The notes: generated by a model from the sequence alone, not told the origin. Shown: positions 8,909 through 19,332, counted from the stretch's first letter. The stretch: 64,000 bases of DNA from an uncultured Acidobacteriota bacterium (GCA_963804995.1 CAWDSK010000006.1:1152001-1216000), one strand, 5' to 3'. Translations and numbers: made by a program.

Positions 8909-10057
8909 ATGGCTACCGAAGTCCAGGTGCAATCATTCGCTGCTAACGAAGTTCCGGCGCAATCCTTCTTGAAGAAGCGCGTGGCCTGCATTGACGCCTT
9001 GCGCGGGTTCGACATGTTTTGGATCGCGGGTGGCGAAGGAATCATCCGCGCCATGTACAAGGTGTGGCCCAACTCGGTCACGGGCGGGCTCGATGTGCAA
9101 TTTCAACACGTCTACTGGGAAGGCTTTCACTTTTATGATCTGATATTCCCGCTCTTCCTCTTCGTAGTCGGGCTGGTGCTGCCGTTTTCGCTCACCCGGC
9201 GCTTGGAGGAGGGCGCCAATCGCCGCCAGCTTTATGGCCACCTGGTGCGGCGCTTGCTGCTGCTCCTGCTGCTGGGCTACCTTTACAACGGGCTGCTTGA
9301 TTTCAACCTTCACAACCTGCGCATTTCCGGCGTGCTGCAACGCATCGCGATATGCTATTTTCTGGCAGCGCTGGTGGTGATGAATACGCGCATCCGCGGC
9401 CAGGCCTGGGTAGCGGGTGGAATCCTAGTGGTCTACTGGCTGATATTGAAATTCGTGCCCGTGCCCGGAATCGGCGCCGGGGTATTAACGCCGGATGGCA
9501 ACCTGGTGGCTTACCTCGATCGCCTCATCCTTCCGCGCCCCTATTGTTGTTACTACTTTGGTGACAACGAAGGCCTGCTGTCGAATCTCCCCGCGGTGGC
9601 GACGACGCTGCTCGGCGTGTTGGCGGGCCATTGGCTGCGCTCCAAAAACCCGCCGAATCGCAAGGCGCTGGGCCTGGCAGTTGCAGGCGTTGCCAGCCTG
9701 CTCCTCGCGCTGGTCTGGAGTTTTGACTTTCCCATCATCAAAAACATCTGGACAAGCACGTTCGTGCTCTGCGCCGGCGGCTGGAGCCTGCTGCTCCTCG
9801 CGCTGTTCTACTGGGTCATCGACGTGCGCGGCGTCGCGCGTTGGTCGTTCTTCTTCAAGGTGATTGGCATGAACGCCATCACCATTTACATTGTCGACCG
9901 GTTTTTCCGATTCAGCATCATCTCCAACATTTTCCTGCATGGCCTCAATAAGTATTTGGGCGCTTTGCAGCCACTCGTCGACGCCTGTGGCGTGGTCGCG
10001 GCCATGTGGCTGTTCCTGTATTTCCTCTATCGCCAGAAAATCTTCCTGAAGGTTTAG
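8909..10057 (+). CDS. HGSNAT-like transmembrane acyltransferase (DUF5009-type)
   Basis: IDALRGFDM, DLIFPLFLF, GVLQRIA, PIIKNIWTSTF, GMNAITIY motifs. Confidence 0.9.
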   Translation: MATEVQVQSFAANEVPAQSFLKKRVACIDALRGFDMFWIAGGEGIIRAMYKVWPNSVTGGLDVQFQHVYWEGFHFYDLIFPLFLFVVGLVLPFSLTRRLEEGANRRQLYGHLVRRLLLLLLLGYLYNGLLDFNLHNLRISGVLQRIAICYFLAALVVMNTRIRGQAWVAGGILVVYWLILKFVPVPGIGAGVLTPDGNLVAYLDRLILPRPYCCYYFGDNEGLLSNLPAVATTLLGVLAGHWLRSKNPPNRKALGLAVAGVASLLLALVWSFDFPIIKNIWTSTFVLCAGGWSLLLLALFYWVIDVRGVARWSFFFKVIGMNAITIYIVDRFFRFSIISNIFLHGLNKYLGALQPLVDACGVVAAMWLFLYFLYRQKIFLKV

Positions 10058-10206
10058 CCCGGATTTTTCAACAAGCGGTTGACTCGGAAGAGCGGAGCGA
10101 AGAACCGGGCAAAGCCCTTCCTGAGGGGAGTCCGACTTGGGAGGACTGCTGAGGGGTACTTCGCTACCACAGCACGAATGGTTCCAGCGTCACATTGACA
10201 CTTTCA

Positions 10207-10755
10207 TCAGGTAACCCGCGCCCAATCTTCGGCGAGCAGGCCGTAGATTTCGATATCGAGGTAATGTTCGTCGAAGGCTTGCGACTGGCGCAGCAGGCCT
10301 TCCTTCGAAAACCCCAAGCGTTTAGGGATGGCGCAGCTTTTGGGGTTACTGACGGCGCAGCGGATTTCCACACGTTTCAGTTTGAGGTCATTGAACAGGT
10401 AATCGAGCAGGGCGCGGCAGGCGCCGGTGACCAAACCTTTTCCCTGGTAGGCTTCGCCCAGCCAATAGCCGATGCTGGTCGAGCGGTTCTCCCAGTCAAT
10501 GCGCCCCGCCCCGATGATTCCTGCCAGCCGGCCTTCCCACCAGATCCCCATCGTCACGCCCGAGTTCGACGCCAACTGCTCGAGCGAAGTGCGGATAAGC
10601 GTTTGGCAGTCCTCGGGGGTTTTCTGCACATCCCACTCCGGCAGCCACTGGCGCAGGAAAGTGCGGTTCTGGTCGATCAGCGCAAACAGTTCGTCGGCAT
10701 GCTGATACCCGAGCAGCCGAAGCTCAGCGCCTTCCGCAAAGGAGTGGGAGAGCAT
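10207..10755 (-). CDS. RimJ/RimL-family GNAT N-acetyltransferase
   Basis: IGYWLGEAYQGKG and N.KS..IPKRLGF..EG.LR motifs. Confidence 0.92.
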   Translation of the reverse strand: MLSHSFAEGAELRLLGYQHADELFALIDQNRTFLRQWLPEWDVQKTPEDCQTLIRTSLEQLASNSGVTMGIWWEGRLAGIIGAGRIDWENRSTSIGYWLGEAYQGKGLVTGACRALLDYLFNDLKLKRVEIRCAVSNPKSCAIPKRLGFSKEGLLRQSQAFDEHYLDIEIYGLLAEDWARVT

Positions 10756-10826
10756 GGTTGGTCGTTATCGTCTGTTTGAGTGCGTCCCGCCCAAGAGTGT
10801 GGGCGCACCACGCGGGGGCCGGGCGC

Positions 10827-11216
10827 TCAGGCCACCGCCTCCGCTTCGATTTCCACCAGCATCTCGGGATCGACGAGGCGCGCCACGCCGATCAAGGTGG
10901 TGGCGGGGTGGACATTGCCGAAGAACTCCACGTGGGCCTTCGCGACTTCCTCCCAACGCTCGATGTCGGTCACGTAGATGCGGGTGCGCACCACGTGTTC
11001 GAGGCCCAATCCTAGGCGCTGCAGGGCGCTTTCGATATTGCGAATCGTCTGCACTGACTGCGCATACATATCGCCGGGCGCCAGCACTTTGCCGGAGGGG
11101 TCGGTGCCCGTGGTGCCGGAAACATGCACGACATCACCCACCTGCACGGCGCGCGCGTATCCCACCTTGGGTTCCCACGGTGTGCCGGAAAATGTTTTAT
11201 TTCGTTTAACCTTCAT
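10827..11216 (-). CDS. RidA/YjgF family protein
   Basis: GYARAV, VSGTT, VVRTRIYV, PATT, LVEIEAEA; GGAGG RBS. Confidence 0.92.
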   Translation of the reverse strand: MKVKRNKTFSGTPWEPKVGYARAVQVGDVVHVSGTTGTDPSGKVLAPGDMYAQSVQTIRNIESALQRLGLGLEHVVRTRIYVTDIERWEEVAKAHVEFFGNVHPATTLIGVARLVDPEMLVEIEAEAVA

Positions 11217-11278
11217 ATGTGCACCTCCAATTCCCACGTTGCGATCTTGGTCGCGCAACTACGGGATGCGTGCGCTTG

Positions 11279-11782
11279 CTAAGCTTTCTCGAAATATCGT
11301 CGATGGGCACGGGCCGCGAGGGCCAACCGTTGCCGGCGTCTTTCCAGCGCCTCACGGTAGCGCCGCTTCTCTGCCGCGGTCCGAGGTATCAACGGAGGGA
11401 CTTCCTGGGGTTTACCGGCGGGGTCGAGCGCCACGTAGGTGACGAAGGCCGAACTGGTCTGCCGCCGCTCGCCGGTCAGGTAATCCTCCAGGTAAACGCG
11501 CACTTCCGCTTCCATGGAGGTGCGGAAGGCACGCGTAATGTGGGCGCGCAGGACGATGAGCTCGCCCACGCGAATGGGGTAAAGAAAATCCAGGTTATCG
11601 ACAGCCACGGTCACCACCTGGGAGCGGGCGTGCCGGTGCGCCGCCACGGCCCCGGCAATGTCAATCAAGTGCATCACCTTGCCACCCAGCATGTTGCCCA
11701 ACGGATTGGCGTCATTGGGAAGCACCACTTCCACCATCTCCACGGCGGATTGAGCGACGCTTCTCCCTGCGGGTTTCGCCAT
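11279..11782 (-). CDS. Acyl-CoA thioesterase (hotdog fold, YciA-like)
   Basis: VLPNDANPLGNMLGG..M..ID and VVTVAVD...FL.PI motifs. Confidence 0.92.
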   Translation of the reverse strand: MAKPAGRSVAQSAVEMVEVVLPNDANPLGNMLGGKVMHLIDIAGAVAAHRHARSQVVTVAVDNLDFLYPIRVGELIVLRAHITRAFRTSMEAEVRVYLEDYLTGERRQTSSAFVTYVALDPAGKPQEVPPLIPRTAAEKRRYREALERRRQRLALAARAHRRYFEKA

Positions 11783-12112
11783 GGCCTTCAATCTTCAGAA
11801 CGAATAATTGCTGATCGACGCACACCCGCGAGATGTAACCTGCGGATGAGGAGCGCTCAGGCTCGGGGTTCTGCACCTTCCTGGGGCTGGTCCGCTTCGA
11901 ATTTCCGAACCACCACGAGGTTGGGGCGGGATCGCTCAGGCTGAATTTCCGCCCGTGCGCAACCCCGCTGAAAGGTTTTGCCTTGCCTAGTTCGCCTGTC
12001 TATACTAAGCGAGCCGCTGGAACGATGCAACCGGTTTCAGGCGAGCCGGTCGGTTTGTTTCTTGGAGCGAAGGTCTACCGGTGCCGATGTCTTTGGGTTG
12101 AATTGAATTTAC

Positions 12113-12190
12113 AACCCTCGCCCCTTTGGGGGAGAGGGTGGACCGCCGCCGGCGCGTTCATCAGCCGGGGCGGGACGGGTGAGGGGGTCA
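12113..12190. repeat. CCCTCACCC/CCCTCTCCC-type palindromic repeat; reverse copy at ~23740-23857
   Basis: Its reverse complement matches cccctcaccc...cccgccccggctg...gccggcggcggtccaccctct at 23.74-23.82 kb. Confidence 0.7.
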
Positions 12191-12280
12191 AAACCGGAAC
12201 ACAGCGCAACGACGCTGCCCCCGACACTCAGATGCATCGCGATTTGTGACTCACTACCCGCAAGCCCGGAGGGAAGAGCT

Positions 12281-12607
12281 TTGGAACCCGAAAAAACCCG
12301 CCGCGAATTCCTGGAAGAGGCCTTGCAGCAAGATCCGGGGAATACCTTCGCACGCTATGGCCTCGCGCTGGAACTCGCCAAAACTGAGCCGGCGGCCGCC
12401 TGGCTGCATTTCGAGCACCTGCTCCTCAATCATCCCGAATACGCCGCCACCTACTACCAGGCCGGCATGTTCCTCCTCGCGCAGGGACGGCCTGAGGACG
12501 CGCGCAAGGTGCTGGCCGCCGGAGTGGAAGTCACCGGCCGTCAAAACAAACAACACGCCCAGCGTGAGCTCCAGGCCGCCCTGGACGATTTGGAAAACAG
12601 CGTGTAA
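12281..12607 (+). CDS. Small tetratricopeptide-repeat protein
   Basis: DPGNTFARYGLALE and HPEYAATYYQAG motifs; GGAGG before TTG 12281. Confidence 0.85.
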   Translation: MEPEKTRREFLEEALQQDPGNTFARYGLALELAKTEPAAAWLHFEHLLLNHPEYAATYYQAGMFLLAQGRPEDARKVLAAGVEVTGRQNKQHAQRELQAALDDLENSV

Positions 12608-12941
12608 TGTGGACCATTTTTGTATTTCCGCGGTTTGTTTACCGCAGAGGCGCAGAGACGCAGAGAAGAATGATTTGCTTCAAGTCTCTGTGCCTCCGTT
12701 TCTCTGCGGTGAGAAGGATCATAGGGAGACCGACCTACAAAACAGGTACGCACTCCACTTGCTTTAACGCGTCTCAACCCACGCCGCCCGCCGCGAAACG
12801 CCGGTTGCAAGTAAATTGATAAAAAGAAATGGGTTGACTTGGCAACTAAGGTGCGTTATCTAGACTGGTAACCTTTAGCCTGATACAAGTTGGACCCAAG
12901 CGACCTTGCCCATCAGATTCTGATCTTGCGGCGTTTGCCAT

Positions 12942-13595
12942 ATGGAACTAAGCTGCCTTCGCACCTACCCGCGAGTTGACGTTGATCTACCGGTCGAATA
13001 CGAATTGCAGGGCGCAACGCATCTTACCCGAGCTATAAACCTCGGCGGCGGCGGCCTCGTCCTTGCCATCACCGAGCCGGTAGCTCCAGATACCAAACTG
13101 AGTATCGGATTTCAACCGGCCAAGCACCTTCCGCTGGTAAAGGCGACGGTGAGAGTCTGCTACCAAACCGCCGACCGGGGGGTTGCTGCCGAATTCACGG
13201 AAATTCAGCCTGAGGATCGCCAGATGATCCTGCGGCTGGTTCTCCACCGCATGGTCCAAAAGCGCCAGTATCCTCGCAAGCCACTCGTTACCCAGGTGGG
13301 GTATAACTCAGGAACCTTCCTCGGCTTCTCCCGAAGTGTCAGCGCGGGAGGCATGTTTATTGAGACCAAGGAACCCATTTTTGGGGGTTCCAAGCTCACC
13401 TTGGCGTTCAATTTGGAGGATGGCGGCCCCATCGTCCGGGTAATTGCGGAGGTCCTCTACGTGGTAACGAAGCTGGGCATCGGGGTGCGATTCATCGATC
13501 TATCGGCATCCGACCGAAGCCGCATCGACGCCTACGCATCCGAGGGGGAACCGGGTGACGCGGATTTACAGTCGAGGGCCGCGGGCCTGGCTTGA
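12942..13595 (+). CDS. Tandem PilZ-domain protein
   Basis: Two RxxxR motifs (RTYPR, RQYPR), each followed by NLGGGG or SVSAGG. Confidence 0.9.
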   Translation: MELSCLRTYPRVDVDLPVEYELQGATHLTRAINLGGGGLVLAITEPVAPDTKLSIGFQPAKHLPLVKATVRVCYQTADRGVAAEFTEIQPEDRQMILRLVLHRMVQKRQYPRKPLVTQVGYNSGTFLGFSRSVSAGGMFIETKEPIFGGSKLTLAFNLEDGGPIVRVIAEVLYVVTKLGIGVRFIDLSASDRSRIDAYASEGEPGDADLQSRAAGLA

Positions 13596-13878
13596 TTGAT
13601 CGGGGAAGTTTTTCACCGCAGAGGCGCAGAGACGCGGAGAGAAGCAGGTGTTGGGTGCCAGGTGACAGGTGACAGGGGCAAGTAAGAACCTGACACCTGG
13701 TACCTGATACCTGACCCCTGCTCTTCCGTGTCTGTGGTGAATCTTTTCCTGCATGGCACTCGAAGAAGTTGGCTCGAAGTACTACACTGTCCTTCATCCC
13801 GGGCACCAGCGCGCCCGTGCAGGAATCAGAGAACCTCCCGTGGTAGAATGCCCGCATTCCCGCGTTCGGGAGGTGCCG

Positions 13879-14442
13879 ATGCGGCCCCGATTAGTCCCGC
13901 TTATTCTCCTCATACCCCTGATTCTGACGCCGCCCGTGAGGGCGCACCAGAAACTCGTAGCGCCGACCTTGAGGTCGGCATTCTGTAGCGGCGGTGTCCC
14001 CACCGCCGGTCGGCGGTCGGAGACCGCCGCTGCAGTAGCGAATGCGTCGGCATGTGCCGCCATGCTCCCGGCCCTGCCTGCGGGAGCGCCGCAAAATCCA
14101 AAACCCTTCACCCAAGAGCAGGTCGAAGGCCTGGTGCGAGACGGGTTGGGCGATGATTCGGGCGCCAAGCTGATCGAGCAGCGCGGGATTGATTTCGCCC
14201 CGGCGGAAGACTTTCTCCGAAGCCTCAAGGCCGCAGGCGCGAGCGAGGCGTTTCTTAACGCGCTCCGCGCCGCGGTAGCGCCGGGCTTGAGCCCGGCACA
14301 TGCCGCCCTCAAGGGCGGCTCTACGGCTGCCGGCCCGCCCGCGAGCGCCAAGAAGCCGCTGAACCAAGTGCAGGTTTTCGCCTTGCTGGCTGGCCAAGTG
14401 CCGAGCCACCATGCTGGTGAGGGAGCGTGGCAACGAGCATGA
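13879..14442 (+). pseudogene. Truncated secreted repeat protein containing in-frame REP insertions
   Basis: GGAGG RBS and signal peptide. The second copy of the internal repeat (LIEQRGIDF) continues as MLVRERG in another frame near 14410, then stops. Confidence 0.6.
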
Positions 14443-14605
14443 GTAACGCCCACGGTCAGGACTGCACTGACCGCTCCCTGCTCGACCAGGGGTTAGTTTT
14501 TGGATTCGAACGCATCAATCTGAGGAAGAACCACAGACCGCAAGAACAGGGGATTGCCCTACGTTTACTTTGAAGTGTGTCGACGTTACCTATACACTTT
14601 AACGG

Positions 14606-15316
14606 ATGATAAACGACAAGAAGGCAGCGCCTCCTACAGCGAGCGGAGGAGATATTGCCCACACCTTCGTCAGGGTTGGGTTGTCTGCTATTCCTTTTGT
14701 GGGTGGCCCGGCAGTAGAGCTCTTCTCTGCGCTTATTACACCACCTTTGGCCAAGAGACGCGATAACTGGATCCGATCAATTGCTGAGGGTCTTGAAGAC
14801 CTTGAGAAAAAAGTCGATGGTTTCAAGATTGACTCGCTCCCAGGCAACGACGCATTTGTGACCGCAGTCATGCATGCCAGTCAAGCGGCGATTCGCAATC
14901 ACCAGCAAGAAAAACTAGAGGCGCTTCGCAATGCAGTGCTGAACGTTGCGACAGGTAATGCTCCCGACGAAGACCTTCAGTTGATGTTTTTGAACTTCAT
15001 TGACACATTGACTGCGTGGCATTTGCGGATTTTGCGTTTCTTTCAAGATCCTGCGGGCTATGGTGCGGCAAGGGGGGTGGGTTACCCCAACTGGTCCACA
15101 GGGGGACTATCTAATGTTATGGAGCACACTTTCTCGGAATTGCGAGGGCAGCGCGCTTTTTACGATCAAATCGTCAGCGACCTTTACTCACGTGGTCTCA
15201 TGAGTTCGGATGCTAGCGGGTTACATACGATGATGACAGCCGCTGGCATGTTCGCAAAGAGGACGACGCCAATGGGTGAAGGATTCCTCGCATTCGTGTC
15301 TTCACCTGTAAAGTAA
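14606..15316 (+). CDS. Hypothetical protein (DUF4393/Abi-alpha-like helical protein, tentative)
   Basis: 236 aa, lower GC; AIPFVGG and FLNFIDTLTAWHLRIL patterns. Confidence 0.65.
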   Translation: MINDKKAAPPTASGGDIAHTFVRVGLSAIPFVGGPAVELFSALITPPLAKRRDNWIRSIAEGLEDLEKKVDGFKIDSLPGNDAFVTAVMHASQAAIRNHQQEKLEALRNAVLNVATGNAPDEDLQLMFLNFIDTLTAWHLRILRFFQDPAGYGAARGVGYPNWSTGGLSNVMEHTFSELRGQRAFYDQIVSDLYSRGLMSSDASGLHTMMTAAGMFAKRTTPMGEGFLAFVSSPVK

Positions 15317-15422
15317 TTTGATCCGAGAAATTGTTCCTAACGCGATATGTTTCCTTACTGCTGCCTCACTCGTGGTCATCCTAGGGGGACGGTAGTGTAC
15401 CCGCTGCGGGAATGGGGACGGT

Positions 15423-16232
15423 TTGACCAAGAATCAAACGGATTACGCACGCAAAATGCGGAAGCTTGTCGAGATGGCGGTTGACCCTAGCCGTGAAGTA
15501 CTCGAATCAACGCTTCTCATGCTCAAGAATGCCTTAAGAGAGCAGAGCGAACGGGAAGTTGTGATTTCCCATTCGGGGTCCAGATATGCATGCCCACAAG
15601 CCCACGACCTTACGCTCGCAACCAAGGCTGCAATCGACAGAGTGAATCTCAGGCTGGGAAGGCACGCTCTCGGAAGCGACGAGGTTGGACAATCCCGTGC
15701 GACGGGCGCGGTGTCGTCTCAAATTGTGATCAGCTTGCCCGCGCTGATAATTTCACAGGGATACTCGGCCGACCTTGTCGAAGGCCTCTCGGACGAAGCG
15801 CGCGCCGCCTTAAATCTAGTCTTAAGAAGATCATGCTTGGGCGGGCAGTCTGTGCAGGAAATCATCGCGCAGATCGGCAAGGCGATCGGGGAAGGCGAGT
15901 TGGGAACACCTTCGCGCCGGGCGCAAACCATATACCGCACGGAAGTGGGCCGCATGGCGCACATGGGGGAGCAGGCGCGGATGGAACTGGCCGCTCGCAA
16001 CGTGCCTAAACTTGAGAAGCAATGGGTGGCATCCATCTGCCCGATTAGGTCCCATCAAGCAATCAACGGTGCACACGTTCCCATTCGAGGAAAATTCATG
16101 ATTGACGGGGAAGAGTTGATGTTCCCGTATGACCCTGCAGCTTCTTCCCGTAATACCGTCGGCTGCACTTGTGTGATCATGTCGTGGACACAGGGATTCG
16201 AAAGAATCGCTCCGACGCGACGAAGGGGGTAG
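15423..16232 (+). CDS. Phage minor head / head morphogenesis protein (MuF/SPP1 gp7-like)
   Basis: RRAQTIYRTE, KQW, RSHQAING, LMFPYDP, GCTC motifs. Confidence 0.75.
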   Translation: MTKNQTDYARKMRKLVEMAVDPSREVLESTLLMLKNALREQSEREVVISHSGSRYACPQAHDLTLATKAAIDRVNLRLGRHALGSDEVGQSRATGAVSSQIVISLPALIISQGYSADLVEGLSDEARAALNLVLRRSCLGGQSVQEIIAQIGKAIGEGELGTPSRRAQTIYRTEVGRMAHMGEQARMELAARNVPKLEKQWVASICPIRSHQAINGAHVPIRGKFMIDGEELMFPYDPAASSRNTVGCTCVIMSWTQGFERIAPTRRRG

Positions 16233-16270
16233 CGACGGTCAGTACTGTCTGACGGTGGCCTTTTGCTTCG

Positions 16271-16352
16271 ATGACGGACCCACGGTCAATTCCCAAGACG
16301 AATTGGCCGTGGCTACCTTCGGGTCACACAACCTCGGGCGCCGTTCGAACGG
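16271..16352. repeat. 82-bp direct repeat (second copy 19346-19427) containing a GTAG-type REP hairpin
   Basis: Five mismatches between copies; minus strand GTAG-CCACGGCCAATTC-loop-GAATTGACCGTGG. Confidence 0.9.
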
Positions 16353-16362
16353 CGGGCTGGCG

Positions 16363-18276
16363 GTTGCGGTAGGGATACCGGTTACCCGGTACCCCCCGCA
16401 CGGATCCGTACGTGCGCTGGTTAGCGCATACGGCTCTTATCTCGGATGTGTGGCGGCGAACCGTTGGGATGGCCAAGGATGCACAACGTGCGGAGCAGGC
16501 AACCAGCAGGCCGCAAGCTTCCCCAGTCGGTCCCAGTTGAGGCGGTGGCGTTGACTGCGTTGACGCAGTTGCGTTCGCCACAGTCGGGTCAACCGTTCCC
16601 GAAAGATTCGCAGGCGGTCGAGGTTTCCCGGTACCGCGTGATAGTTGAAGTAGCCTTGCACGACCGACCGGAGCCATTTACCCGTATCCGCGATGGGATC
16701 GTGCCGACGCTGCCGGAGTTGTTGCTTGAGTTCCTGCAACTTCCCCCGCAGGCGCTTGCTGATCGTCTTCCGCTTCACGGTAAATTGCCCCCTCCGGTTC
16801 TTCCCGCTGATATGCGTGAAGCCCAGAAAGTCGAACGTCTCCGGCTTACCTTCTCCTCTCCGTTTCCGGTAAAGTTCGGCAAACGGCCCGAACTCGAATC
16901 CGGCGCGTTTTGTCAGGATGCAGTTCCAATCCAAACTTCCCCACCCGCTCCCGGAAATCCTCCAGAAAGCGGTCGGCTTCCGTCTGCGATTGGAATCCAA
17001 GGACCGTATCGTCGGCATACCGCACCACGACCACGTCTCCCCGGGCGTGCTTCTTGCGCCACGCCTGCACCCACAGGTCAAAGACGTAGTGCAGATAGAT
17101 ATTCGCCAGCAGGGGCGAGACCACCGCCCCTTGTGGCGTACCCATCTCCGTCTCCGACCATTCGCCTTCCTCCCTCACCCCGGCTTTCAGCCATTTCTGG
17201 ATGAGCCGGAGAATCCGGGGGTCGGCGACGCGATGCTGCACGAACTTGAGCATCCATTCGTGGGATATCGAATCGAAAAATCCACGAATGTCCGCGTCAA
17301 GAACGTAGTTCACGTGCTTCACCGTGAGCGCGTACGAGAGCGCGTCCAGCGCTTGATGCTGGCTGCATCCCGGTCGAAAGCCATACGAGAAGCCCAGAAA
17401 GTCTTCCTCGTAAATCGCCTTGAGGATGGTGACCACGGCCTGTTGGACGATCTTGTCCTCCAGTGCCGCAACCCCCAACGGACGTTGCCGCCCGTCGCCT
17501 TTCGGGATATACGCCCTTCGCGAGGGCTTCGCTCGGAATGCTCCGCGGTGGACCCGGCTGTGCAGATCGACGAGTCGACCTTCCAGCCCGCTTTCATACT
17601 CCTGCCACGTCATGCCGTCTACTCCCGGTGCAGCTTTTCGCTTCAAGGCGTAAAAGCTTTCCCGCAGCAGATCGACCGTTAAGTGGTGGAGCAAGGCCGT
17701 GAACTTCATCTCCCTGTGTTCCTTCGCGGCTTTCCGCACACCCGCGAGTCCCTGGGACACGCGTGCCCCGCTCTGTGTCGGGTGCGTGTTAGGCCAACGG
17801 GTGTTCTCCTTGATCAGCGGCCTTCCCTCCTCATTCTCCGCCAACGGCTTCCCGTCTTTGTTCAAATGATTCATCGGTACTGTTCCGCTGTCCGACTCCT
17901 CGAAAGCGTGCAGGCGGGCTGTACGGCCATCGCCTTTTCCCGCCGTCCGGCCACGATCTACGGCGGCCGGCGCCTCCGAGGTCTCCCGGTTCTCATGCAG
18001 AAAGTGTCTAGGCGTGTCTGGGGTCTACGACTACGCAGGACTGTGCCGGAACTCGCGTTGGCGTCCCGGCCTCATGTTGCCTTCCGTTTAGTCTGAAAAC
18101 GTCGGCGTCCTGATTGGACATTTTCGAAGCTCAATACCCAGCCCACCTATTCCCCTGTTTACGCTTCACCGTGCGCCTCACGACGCCCAGCGCAAAACTC
18201 GGGGCCGAGTGGATCGCTGCTCCTTCCTCGTGAGAAATTTTCATTCTCTGCTTTCTGCCGGTTTATCCCGGCGCAC
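16363..18276 (-). mobile_element. Group II intron, copy 1 (1914 nt)
   Basis: 5' GTGCG at 18276; domain V GAGCCGTATGCG...CGCACGTACGGATC; 3' ...CCCTACCGCAAC at 16363; near-identical to copy 2. Confidence 0.95.
16437..17874 (-). pseudogene. ltrA: Intron-encoded RT/maturase with a +1 frameshift
   Basis: Same as 41369..42805 except an extra A at 16897-16898 and one substitution. Confidence 0.9.
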
Positions 18277-18696
18277 CAGACCTAGTTGTTGGGGGTCTGC
18301 GATTTCGCGAAGCGACTTGTAGGAGCTGACGGCTCATACGAATCGGCTGGGAGAAGGGCACGCTGCCGGAGAGCAGTCCCGCGCCAAAGCCATGCCCGAA
18401 GGGAGTCCCTTAGGGAGATCGCAGACCCCAAAGTGCGGGGGTCTGCGCCAGCCCCGGGTGCATTGTCCAGCGCAAAATCGTTGTAACCTGGCCACCGCCA
18501 GACGAACCCACAGTCAGGAAGGCGCTGACCGTGGCTACCCCCCCAAGTCCGCCGCCACCCTTCGTGGCACGTCGGTGTGTAGCCACGGGCACAGCTCTCC
18601 TGACCGTGGACTTTTCCTTCGATGACAAACGCAATTCCCAAGGCGAATTGAGTGGCTTACGTTTGTTCGGTGGCAGCAGGTAGGGGGTTGCAAGGT

Positions 18697-19023
18697 CTAT
18701 GCGAGATCGGACGCCTTAATCTTGCGTCTTGCGCCGTGGCGGATGGTGAGCACTGACACCGCTTGGCGGCCTTCATCGACTTCATAAATGACCCGATAGA
18801 CGTGAGGCTTCCTGCCATAAAGCAGGTTCCGTAACTCTCGCTTCATCCTCCGAGCCTCCGGGGCTACGGGGCAGCGTTGGGGGTACGATGCGAGGCCATA
18901 GACCGCCAGCTCCAACTCGTTATACCACCGCGCCGCAGCGTGTGACTCCGCAGCGTTCTTTTCCAGATAAAGGATTTCAAGATCGCGGACCGCGCGAGCG
19001 GCAAACTCAACGAGGTATGTCAT
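18697..19023 (-). CDS. RelE/ParE-family type II toxin
   Basis: MTYLVEFAARAVRDL...YRVIYEV...VLTIRHGAR; overlaps the antitoxin stop. Confidence 0.9.
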   Translation of the reverse strand: MTYLVEFAARAVRDLEILYLEKNAAESHAAARWYNELELAVYGLASYPQRCPVAPEARRMKRELRNLLYGRKPHVYRVIYEVDEGRQAVSVLTIRHGARRKIKASDLA

Positions 19024-19297
19024 GTTTGCGGCGAATCTCGTCAAATACCTCTCTCGCCGGGCGAGTGCGTCCGTGGGCGACGTCATCCAAGCCCTGACGA
19101 ATGCCTTCCTCGGCATCGGCCTGGGCGGCAATATCGAGCAATCGCTGATAGGCTTCGGCGTCCTGTACGATGGCCGCTGCTTTCCCCCTCACGGTGAGCA
19201 CCACGGGACGCTTGTTCCTTCTGAGCTGTTTCATGAAATCGCCGGACCGGCGGCGGAAGGTTGTCAGCGACTGGATGTCCTTGGTAATGTCAAGCAT
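19007..19297 (-). CDS. Phd/YefM-family antitoxin
   Basis: DIQSLTTFRR...PVVLTVRGKAAAIVQD..AYQ. Confidence 0.92.
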   Translation of the reverse strand: MLDITKDIQSLTTFRRRSGDFMKQLRRNKRPVVLTVRGKAAAIVQDAEAYQRLLDIAAQADAEEGIRQGLDDVAHGRTRPAREVFDEIRRKHDIPR

Positions 19298-19314
19298 GGA
19301 CCTGCTCCTTTAAA

Positions 19315-19332
19315 AGCACCTTTTTAGGTGCT
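19315..19332. promoter_or_regulatory. Putative TA operator palindrome
   Basis: AGCACCT-TTTT-AGGTGCT between a minus-strand TATTCT box and the antitoxin RBS. Confidence 0.6.

Noticed and set aside
12830..12941. c-di-GMP riboswitch upstream of the PilZ gene
   Set aside because: No recognisable GEMM-type consensus; only a weak sigma70-like promoter.
15423..16232. Prophage
   Set aside because: A single phage-like gene with no integrase, terminase, portal, capsid or tail genes.
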